From: Bilophila wadsworthia ATCC 49260
Lineage (GTDB): Bacteria; Desulfobacterota; Desulfovibrionia; Desulfovibrionales; Desulfovibrionaceae
Length of the DNA stretch: 32,000 nucleotides
Assembly: GCF_000701705.1 (NCBI RefSeq)
Contig: NZ_JNJP01000007.1
Location: 35,332 to 67,331 of the forward strand
Direction: 5' to 3'
The translations under genes and the position numbers were made by a program. Shown one piece after another: positions 25,342 to 32,000 of this stretch (within the stretch, counting starts at the first letter, position 1; every line of letters starts with the position of its first letter). The notes beneath the pieces were generated by a model. The model saw only the letters and a list, made by a program, of their open reading frames with translations. It had not been told where the DNA came from and ran no database searches.

Positions 25342-27264
25342 TTACCCGCGACGGGACCCGAGCCACTGCCAGAGGAGTGCGCAAGCCACAAGGCCGACGC
25401 CGATGAGATCCGTAACAAGGCCCGGTTGGATGAGAGCCAGCGAACCGAGCAGAAACAACCCCCGCTGCCCCATGTTGAGCACGCGATCCCGGAACGCGCC
25501 CTGAAGCGCCGAGCCGAGGAAGAAAACCCCGCAAAGCGAGGTTGCAAGCGTACCCAGGATTTCGGGAAGGCTGCCCTGCCAGAGCAGCGACGGCGCGTAC
25601 ACGAACATGAACGGGACGATGAAGGCCACGATTCCGAGGCGCACGGCGGTCAGGGCCACGCCCATCGGCTTCGTCTTGCCGAGCGAGGCTGCGGTGAACG
25701 CCGCGAGCGCAACGGGCGGCGTGATCGCGGACAGGCAGGCGAAATAGAAAATGAACAGATGCCCGGTAAGGGCGGGTACGCCGAGCCCGGTCAATGCGGG
25801 AACGATGACCGCGGCGCAAATGAGATAGGCCGCGGCGGTCGGCAGGCCCATGCCGAGGATCAGCGACGAACCCATGGTCAGGATGAGGGCTATGGGCAAG
25901 ATACCGCCGGAGAGCGCGATGATCCCGCTGGCGAACTTCAGCCCTGTCCCGGTGAGGTTCAGGACGCCGATGATGATGCCCGCGGTGGCACAGGCGGCGA
26001 TAAGCCCCACGGCCTGCTTGGCCCCGTCCGCGAAACCCGCCACAAACTGCTCGGGCGTGAGCCGGGTGCTCTTACGCAGGAACGTGCAGAGAATCGTGGA
26101 ATAGATGGCCCAGATGGCCGCCTTGATGACCGAGGCGTTCAAGCCGATGAGCACGAAGATCAACACAAAGATCGGGATGACCAGATGCCCCCTCTCCAAC
26201 AGCACCTTGCGGGCGTCGGGCAACTCGTCCTTGGCGTAGCCGTGCAGCCCTTCCTTATAGGCTTCAAGGTCGATCATGTAGAAGATCGAGACGAAATAGA
26301 GGATCGCCGGGATGACTGTGGCGAGGGCCACGTCGAGATACGGGGTGCCCGTCAGCTCGGCGATGATGAACGCCGCCGCCCCGAGGATGGGAGGCGTCAT
26401 CTGCCCGCCCGTGGAGGCCACGGCTTCCACGGCGGAGGCGAATCGCGGCGAGTAGCCGACCTTGATCATCATGGGGATGGTGAACGTCCCGGAGGCCACC
26501 ACGTTGGCCGCCGAGTTGCCGGAAATCGTACCGAACAGGGCACTGCCGATGACGGCCACCTTGGCCGGCCCGCCGCGCTTGCCGCCGGCAACGGCCATGG
26601 CGATGTCGATGAAGAACTGCCCTGCCCCGGTGCTGGCGAGGAACGCGCTGAACAGGAAAAAGAGGAATACGAACGAGGCCGACGTCGCCAGCGGTGTGGA
26701 CAACATACCGTCCATTCCGGTGATGTAGCTGAAAACACGCGCGAAGCTGTAGCCCCGGTGCCCGCCAAGGCTATAGGGAAGGTATTTTCCGAGCAGCGCA
26801 TAGGCGAGGAAAAAGATGGCGATGGAGGGAAGAATCCAGCCGTTGGTGCGCCGGGTCATCTCGAGGATCAGGACGACGATAACCGTGGAAAAGAACAGGT
26901 CAAGGCTGGTGGGGGCCACGCCGACGCGGTAGATGATCGTATCCAGCTCAAGGATGAAATAGATGCACGCCGACGCCGCCAGCAACATGCAGGCCCAGTC
27001 GCCCAGCGTGGGCATCCTCTTGTTGGAGCGCCGGGAAAAGGGGTACAGGAAATAGGCCAGCACAACCCCGAAGCAGATGTGGGAATAATAGAGCGCCCAA
27101 GGCTCCATTGAGCTGTACCCCAGGAACCAGATGTGGAAGGCGGCCATGCCGAGGCCGATGGCATAATACAGATATTTGAGGGCTCCGGTCGGTTTCCGGG
27201 ATGTGTACCCCTCCTCGCTCAACGTTTCCAGAGTGTCGTCATCGGGCAGATCCGTGGTGCTCAT
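25342..27264 (-). CDS. TRAP transporter fused permease (TAXI-associated, 640 aa)
   Basis: Very hydrophobic protein with a fused small and large membrane-domain layout, directly downstream of a TAXI binding protein. I prefer the ATG at 27264 (MSTTDL), preceded by ggaga. Confidence 0.85.
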   Translation of the reverse strand: MSTTDLPDDDTLETLSEEGYTSRKPTGALKYLYYAIGLGMAAFHIWFLGYSSMEPWALYYSHICFGVVLAYFLYPFSRRSNKRMPTLGDWACMLLAASACIYFILELDTIIYRVGVAPTSLDLFFSTVIVVLILEMTRRTNGWILPSIAIFFLAYALLGKYLPYSLGGHRGYSFARVFSYITGMDGMLSTPLATSASFVFLFFLFSAFLASTGAGQFFIDIAMAVAGGKRGGPAKVAVIGSALFGTISGNSAANVVASGTFTIPMMIKVGYSPRFASAVEAVASTGGQMTPPILGAAAFIIAELTGTPYLDVALATVIPAILYFVSIFYMIDLEAYKEGLHGYAKDELPDARKVLLERGHLVIPIFVLIFVLIGLNASVIKAAIWAIYSTILCTFLRKSTRLTPEQFVAGFADGAKQAVGLIAACATAGIIIGVLNLTGTGLKFASGIIALSGGILPIALILTMGSSLILGMGLPTAAAYLICAAVIVPALTGLGVPALTGHLFIFYFACLSAITPPVALAAFTAASLGKTKPMGVALTAVRLGIVAFIVPFMFVYAPSLLWQGSLPEILGTLATSLCGVFFLGSALQGAFRDRVLNMGQRGLFLLGSLALIQPGLVTDLIGVGLVACALLWQWLGSRRG

Positions 27265-27333
27265 GGCTGTCTCCAAAAAGAATCTTGGGGCAAGCACCGG
27301 GGCGGGCGGCCGTCCCGGTGCGGCAACAGTGCC

Positions 27334-28311
27334 TTACTTCGCTTCGGCGGGAATCAGCTTGTCGGGAATGGTCAGCCCGATTTCACGGTAGTACTTGATG
27401 GCGCCCTTATGGAGAGGCACGCTGCTGTACAGGATGTCCTCGGGCTTGGTTTTGGCCATGTCCTTCACCGCGTTGGCGAGCTGAGGCAACACTTCAAAGG
27501 TAGCCTTGGTCATGTCGTAGACGAGATCTTCGGGGAGATCCTTATGGGCCACGGCGAAGTTCCACAAGGAAATGACGTGGATGTCCTCCTTGGCGGCCTT
27601 GTAGGTGCCCTTGGGGATAACGCCCTGCGTCCAGTAGGGATAAGCCTTGAGCAGCTTGCTGAAGTCTTCCTGCGTCATGGTCAGCAGATTGATCTCGTTG
27701 GATGCTTCCATTTCCATGATGACGGGAGCGGGGACGCCCATAACGGAAAAGGACGCCTGCGTCTGGCCGTCACGCAGGGTATTGAGCTGCTGGCTGGCGG
27801 GCATCCCGCTGACCTTGGCGGGCTTCAGGCCAAGGGTTTCGATGATCGCCCGCGCGGCGAGGAAACTGCTCGAACCGGCGGAAGAAGAGGCGACATGCTT
27901 GCCGTCGATATCATGGATGGTCTTGAGGCCGGAGTCCGCCAAGGCATAAATCTGGAGGTAGCTGGGGTACAACGGAATGAAGGAGCGCATGGCCTGGAAT
28001 TTCTGAGGAACTTTTCCCTTGCCATTGTACATGTCCCCAGCCTGCCACGCAGTCACCATGCCGAGGTCCATTTCCTTGTTTTCGATGAGCATGATGTTCG
28101 TTTCAGGACCACCGGTCACTTCGATGGAGAGATCCACCTTGTCGCCGAGCCTGCCGTTCAGCGCGTTGCTCCACGTGCCTCCGAGAACGTAATAGGAGCC
28201 CCCTCCGGTGGACGTGCCCATAAGCAGACGCTGCTTGGCGTGAGAGACCGGAGCGGAAACGGCCAGAGCCATAACGGCGACGCCCACGAATTTCCAAAAC
28301 GTTCTGAACAT
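27334..28311 (-). CDS. TAXI-family TRAP transporter solute-binding protein (325 aa)
   Basis: Signal peptide MFRTFWKFVGVAVMALAVSAPVSHA. TAXI hallmark GTSTGGGSYYVLGGTW. ATG preceded by gaggag. Confidence 0.85.
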   Translation of the reverse strand: MFRTFWKFVGVAVMALAVSAPVSHAKQRLLMGTSTGGGSYYVLGGTWSNALNGRLGDKVDLSIEVTGGPETNIMLIENKEMDLGMVTAWQAGDMYNGKGKVPQKFQAMRSFIPLYPSYLQIYALADSGLKTIHDIDGKHVASSSAGSSSFLAARAIIETLGLKPAKVSGMPASQQLNTLRDGQTQASFSVMGVPAPVIMEMEASNEINLLTMTQEDFSKLLKAYPYWTQGVIPKGTYKAAKEDIHVISLWNFAVAHKDLPEDLVYDMTKATFEVLPQLANAVKDMAKTKPEDILYSSVPLHKGAIKYYREIGLTIPDKLIPAEAK

Positions 28312-28368
28312 AACCCTACTCCTCGGTTAAACTGTTCCCTGCACGAAACACCGAACCGGAACGCCGGA

Positions 28369-29073
28369 TCAGCGCATGTCTATGACTATGAGCCACGCCC
28401 TGGGGGCGGCGGCCAGAGACACCGTTTCGGGCCCGGAGACACGCACGTGATCGCCGGGTTGGAGGATTTGCCGATCCATGCGGATGCGGCCGCTGACCAC
28501 ATAGATGAACGTCTTGGAGCCAGCGGGAACGAAATGCTCAAGCGGCGTCTGCTCCAGAGAGGCAAGATAGACGTCGGCATCCACATCGAAGGGAAGCGGA
28601 AGGCCCTTCGAGGGCGACTCTGCCCTGCCGGAGACGACATTGAGGAGATGATCCGCCATGAGCGAAGGCGAAAACGTCCTCATTTCGTGATAGGGATGGG
28701 TGTGCAGGCAACGGGGCTGAAAGCGCACGCTCATGAAACGCAGCATGGAGTTGCCGTAGTTGGCCGTTTCCCGGGCATAGCCGGTCCCGGCCGTAACGCG
28801 CTGCACGGTCACAGGCTTGAGCACAAGCGAATTGTTCAGGGTATCTACGCACTTCTGCGTCCCCTCGACGACGAAGAAAAGCTGCTCGCAGTTATGATGG
28901 GGATGCATCTTGAACCCGGCCGCCGGGGGAACCCGGTAGTCATTGAACACGAGCAGAGAACCGAACGCGGCATTGCGGGGATCGAAGTAGTTGTTGAAAG
29001 ACAGAAGGCTCGTCACGCTGATGGTGCCGTACTGTTCCGTATGACATGCGGATAGGGGAATGACATCAATCAT
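28369..29073 (-). CDS. Pirin/YhhW-like bicupin protein (234 aa)
   Basis: N-cupin motif FKMHPHHNCEQLFFVVEG...VTAGTGYARE and a second cupin half (FIYVVSGRIRMD...GD). Its start overlaps the upstream regulator's stop by 8 nt. Confidence 0.6.
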   Translation of the reverse strand: MIDVIPLSACHTEQYGTISVTSLLSFNNYFDPRNAAFGSLLVFNDYRVPPAAGFKMHPHHNCEQLFFVVEGTQKCVDTLNNSLVLKPVTVQRVTAGTGYARETANYGNSMLRFMSVRFQPRCLHTHPYHEMRTFSPSLMADHLLNVVSGRAESPSKGLPLPFDVDADVYLASLEQTPLEHFVPAGSKTFIYVVSGRIRMDRQILQPGDHVRVSGPETVSLAAAPRAWLIVIDMR

Positions 29074-29809
29074 CGTCGGCCTCCCGAATGCGCTCCAGCA
29101 TGTCGCTGTCCAGATAGCTCCTCCAGATGGAGACGACCTTGCCGATCAGCGGGACGAAAAGGATTTTGTTCATGTCCAGAATGACCGGGGAGTATTTCAC
29201 ATTGTTCGAATAAAAGATGAGCAGGTTGCTCTGGACGCAGCACCGCTTCAGGGACGTACCCACGGCATCGCCCGCATCAAGGCGCACGCCAAACAGATCC
29301 CTGCCCAAGTTCTGTTCCATGAACGGATGGTAGATGAAACACGGCTGAATATAGGCAATGTCACCGGGCATGATTTCCGGGGCCATGCTGTCGTCACCGA
29401 CGATGATGGCGTAGGGCTGGCGGAATTCTCCAGTCTGAACGAATGAACTCGTTTCGCGCAGCCACCCGGAGGGGACCGGAGGTTCCTCCAGCGTCTCTGA
29501 ACGGGAGAGATACAGGGGAATCCAAACCGTCATCCCCTCCGAAGCGGGTTTTTCCCGTCCTATAATGAAGTCCGAGAAGATTCTGCTTCCCTGAAAATCG
29601 GAATCCTGTATCCCGTTGCGGCCAAGAAGATAGTCCACGCTCACCTGCAGCGCTTCGGCTATAGTGCAAAGCGTCGCATAGTCCGGCTCGCTCCTGTCAT
29701 TGATATAGTTGCAGAGCCGGGAGCGGGTTATACCCAGACGCAAAGCGAAATCCATTTGAGATTGACGCTTTTTTGCCAAAAGAGATTTAAGCCGCTTTCC
29801 AAAAGACAT
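29066..29809 (-). CDS. XRE-family HTH regulator with C-terminal LexA/CI-type S24 peptidase domain (247 aa)
   Basis: HTH segment QMDFALRLGITRSRLCNYINDRSEPDYATLCTIAEALQVSVDYLLG. The S24 core has GDDSMAPEI (Ser) and SLKRC (Lys). ATG preceded by agaggga. Confidence 0.8.
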   Translation of the reverse strand: MSFGKRLKSLLAKKRQSQMDFALRLGITRSRLCNYINDRSEPDYATLCTIAEALQVSVDYLLGRNGIQDSDFQGSRIFSDFIIGREKPASEGMTVWIPLYLSRSETLEEPPVPSGWLRETSSFVQTGEFRQPYAIIVGDDSMAPEIMPGDIAYIQPCFIYHPFMEQNLGRDLFGVRLDAGDAVGTSLKRCCVQSNLLIFYSNNVKYSPVILDMNKILFVPLIGKVVSIWRSYLDSDMLERIREADDD

Positions 29810-29822
29810 AGTTCCCTCTTTG

Positions 29823-29895
29823 TTTTGAGTGTATGGAAAATGGTTCCTTTTCTGTCAACGTAGAGTGAAATGTTCTTCATCTCTTTGACTCAAAA
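29823..29895 (-). promoter_or_regulatory. Candidate promoter/operator of the regulator-led cluster
   Basis: Perfect -35 TTGACA on the minus strand (plus-strand tgtcaa, 29853-29858). Possible -10 TACACT lies 19 nt downstream. 8-bp inverted arms ttttgagt (29823-29830) and actcaaaa (29888-29895) flank it. Confidence 0.3.
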
Positions 29896-29979
29896 TAAAA
29901 AGTGAATAAATTTCATTTCATTATATTGATTAGGGCATCGTTTTTTCTCCTTAAAAAATATTTTTGAAGTTACAAAAAA

Positions 29980-30014
29980 TACACAAAAAATGCTTTTATG
30001 TGCATTTTTGTGTA
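29980..30014. repeat. Imperfect 13-bp inverted repeat (possible operator or small hairpin)
   Basis: tacacaaaaaatgc (29980-29993) and gcatttttgtgta (30002-30014); there is a one-nt length difference in the A/T run. Confidence 0.3.
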
Positions 30015-30535
30015 CAGAGAGCCCGCAGGAGTCGAAATATCGACGTACTACGGGCTACACATGCTTTCACAGAGCTATAAATATACAGTTATCTATCAAA
30101 AATATCTTTGTTTATAGCATGTTATCTAAAATAAAGGTGAACAAAATCAAAGCTGGCTGTCAACACGCCGAGGGCTTGCGAAAACGCGGAGAAATCCGTC
30201 ATCCGGATGGCATCTATGTGTTTTATTAATAGAAATGATGTGGTGGATAAGAGATAGGTAAAAATGGGATGGGTATGTGCCAAAAGAGTGTGCGAGCGAA
30301 TCGTGGCATCCCATCCATACCCAATGGTGCAGAATTCCCCCGAAAAGGAAATGACTAGACACATCCTTGCTTCATTTTTGAGCAATTACACAGCGTAAGG
30401 AATTCTATCCTGCTCATGAGAAAGCCCCCTTCCTTCCGGTCGGGGGCTTCTCCTATATTCCCATGTCCCTGATGGGCATCGCCACGATGCCGAGCATATA
30501 GCCATACATCCAGGTTTAGAATCTGGTGATCGGGG

Positions 30536-30796
30536 TCATGCCGTGCCCCTCGTCAAGAGCTTGTCGGCGATCCACTGCTGGTTTGTCTCTTCCTTAGGGC
30601 CAATACAGGCATATCCACACGGACTCTCAGTAAAGCCCGATATAACGAAGGCATTCAGGACGCCACATCCTGGCGCTTGCTCGCATTGCCGATGCGCTCG
30701 GGAGAACTGATGGAGACGTTTAAAAGCCCCTACCCGTTCCTTCAACCTATTCCAATTTGGCGATAAAGCTCGCGAACGAAATCGGCCTGAAAACAA
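30536..30796 (-). pseudogene. Possible relic of an IS5/IS4-type (DDE) transposase C-terminus
   Basis: The translation NWNRLKERVGAFKRLHQFSRAHRQCEQ...LNAFVISGF resembles, from memory, the conserved transposase tail RN-x-(V/I)ER-x-F-x2-LK-x-FR-x-IATRY(D/E)K...L. There is no intact upstream coding part, no ATG and no SD. Confidence 0.3.
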
Positions 30797-30963
30797 AGCA
30801 GTATATGAAACAGAGGGAAACTAAGAAGCGGGTAATTTTCGGCGTTTGGTGACCCGTTTTGAACGTCTCTAGGTACACCTTGATTCAACTAAACTAGGTG
30901 CATTAGATTCGTCTTAGAAACATTTTGAAATGCCCTTTACTATGTCTTTCCCCGCAAAAGCGA

Positions 30964-30993
30964 CAAAAAAAGGCTCCCTTATGGGGGAGCCTT
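30964..30993 (-). terminator. Rho-independent terminator after the glycosyltransferase gene
   Basis: Stem aggctccc (30971-30978) / gggagcct (30985-30992). On the minus strand it is followed by an 8-T run (plus-strand aaaaaaa at 30964-30970). Confidence 0.8.
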
Positions 30994-30999
30994 CCTTAT

Positions 31000-32000
31000 C
31001 TACGATGTCTGCCGAGCTTTTTTCCAGTCGGCATACGTCGACAGGAGCAAGTCCATGTGGCGCGGAATCTGCACTTTCAGGTTATATTCCTCCACAATGC
31101 TCTGGCGGGCAGCCGCTCTCACCGGGCCCATGGCATCCGAGCGGGCCAACAGCTCCGTCGTCATATCCGCAAGCATGTTGTGATCCCAGAAGTCACACAG
31201 GAACCCGTTTTCGCCGTGCCTGACCACTTCCCGGACAGGTTCCGTATCCGAACTGACCAGCAGGCAGCCGCAGCTCATGGATTCGAACAGCCCCGCCGAA
31301 AGCGCGAACGGTGCCGTAAAATACACATGCACCGTGGAAGCCCGCAACAACAGCCGGTACTCCTCGTAAGGGCGGAACCCCACGAAATGGACACGGCGGG
31401 AATCGACAGGCACCTCTTCCCGCAGGCGCTCCAGCGAAACGGTCTCGTCGCTCCCCTGTCGCTCCGACGCCATGATCAGCACATGGCACTCGGGACGCGC
31501 CGCGAGCAACCGGGGCAAACTCCTGTAAAACTGGGGGAAACCACGAAAAGGCTCCAGCCCCCGGCCCGAAAACGTCACCAGTTCCTTGACGGTGGAAAGA
31601 TCACATCCCTCGATACGGAAGCGCTCGGGCTTCGGGGAAAAGAAATCCGTGTCCACGCCTTCGTGGATCACGTGAATATGTTGTGCAATCTGCTGCGGGT
31701 ACTGCTTTTTTTGCCAGCTCGTGGCCGTGACCACCAGATCGCATTCCGCAAGGGCATTGAGCTGGCAGAGGTTACGGACGCGGCTCTGGGCAAACTCCAC
31801 GGCGGGCCGGGCCGCCCCTTGCGTGAAAAAGGTGTAATTGGCCCCTTTTGTATAATACCATTCCGCATACACGGCATGGAACGCCTGAGGGAAAATATCC
31901 TGCGCGAAAAAACTGCATCCCCATCGGGGATGGGCGTAGACGATATCCGGTTCAAAGCCGCCCTGTTGCAGCTTCAACAGCGCATTGGCAAAACGTGAAC
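31000..32000 (-). CDS. Glycosyltransferase, GT-B fold / GT1-family type (5' end outside window)
   Basis: C-terminal GT1 signature (ASTVHVYFTAPFALSAGLFESMSCGCLLVSSDTEPVREVVRHGENGF). The frame stays open to the window edge (..SRFANALLKLQQGG), and the ORF-track start at 31977 is only a TTG. TAG stop. Confidence 0.8.
   Translation of the reverse strand, partial: SRFANALLKLQQGGFEPDIVYAHPRWGCSFFAQDIFPQAFHAVYAEWYYTKGANYTFFTQGAARPAVEFAQSRVRNLCQLNALAECDLVVTATSWQKKQYPQQIAQHIHVIHEGVDTDFFSPKPERFRIEGCDLSTVKELVTFSGRGLEPFRGFPQFYRSLPRLLAARPECHVLIMASERQGSDETVSLERLREEVPVDSRRVHFVGFRPYEEYRLLLRASTVHVYFTAPFALSAGLFESMSCGCLLVSSDTEPVREVVRHGENGFLCDFWDHNMLADMTTELLARSDAMGPVRAAARQSIVEEYNLKVQIPRHMDLLLSTYADWKKARQTS

Noticed and set aside
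25426-29055. Long plus-strand ORFs (25426-27111, 561 aa; 27133-29055, 640 aa)
   Set aside because: They are antisense to the TRAP permease, TAXI binding protein and pirin genes. The composition is Arg/Gly/Asp/His-rich and repetitive with no domain signatures. These are typical GC-driven shadow ORFs.
29990-30930. Search by eye for pylT (tRNA-Pyl with a CUCUAAA-type anticodon loop) or any tRNA in the AT-rich spacers and other intergenic regions
   Set aside because: I found no cloverleaf-compatible GC-rich acceptor or anticodon stems around any CTA triplet (for example 30126, 30869, 30890). tRNAscan or Infernal would be needed for certainty. I conclude pylT is not in this window.
30925-31998. 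357-aa plus-strand ORF at the right end
   Set aside because: It is antisense to a clear GT1-type glycosyltransferase that has a strong terminator. The plus-strand translation is Arg/Pro/His-rich with no motifs.
1-32000. CRISPR arrays, rRNA genes, intact IS elements or prophage, toxin-antitoxin pairs and known defence-system genes
   Set aside because: I saw no regularly spaced direct repeats, no rRNA-like segments, no intact transposase or integrase, and no nuclease, ATPase or methylase combinations typical of defence islands.

Overview
High-GC (roughly 60% by eye) bacterial chromosome segment. Gene content and style fit Desulfovibrionaceae, and it resembles Bilophila; that assignment is inference, not a search result. 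I support 22 protein-coding genes.

- **Housekeeping block (1-11.5 kb):** typA (5' partial), a polytopic membrane protein, a biotin-dependent carboxylase cluster, ssb, hflX and a DnaQ-like exonuclease. The carboxylase cluster is accC, a fused AccA-AccD carboxyltransferase, a two-domain BCCP and a coupled 114-aa ORF.
- **Accessory/metabolic block (11.5-30 kb):**
  - a cytoplasmic sulfatase-like enzyme with Thr at the formylglycine position, plus an NhaC-family transporter;
  - a BCCT transporter plus a non-Pyl MttB-family methyltransferase, transcribed divergently from an mttB gene;
  - a RarD permease;
  - a 7-gene minus-strand cluster: XRE/S24 repressor, pirin-like protein, TAXI-TRAP transporter, SbnB-like OCD enzyme and two aspartase paralogs.
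- **Right end (29.8-32 kb):** an AT-rich region with an apparent IS-transposase relic, then a 5'-partial GT1-family (GT-B fold) glycosyltransferase.

Main hunt results:
1. mttB is interrupted only by one in-frame TAG at codon 327. That codon aligns to a sense codon in the paralog in this window, so I call it a pyrrolysine-recoded TMA methyltransferase. No pyl genes or corrinoid partner genes lie in the window.
2. An intergenic element occurs twice, after typA and after ssb. Each copy is a long purine/pyrimidine-asymmetric hairpin followed by a mirror-repeat polypyrimidine tail. The tail co-varies with the purine arm, which is the geometry of an intramolecular triple helix.
3. TAG is a common stop codon here (7 of 22). 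In two cases, accC and the sulfatase-like gene, amber read-through would run in frame into the next gene.
4. The TAXI-TRAP / SbnB-like / double C-N-lyase cluster matches no characterised pathway I know.

I saw no rRNA, tRNA or CRISPR array.
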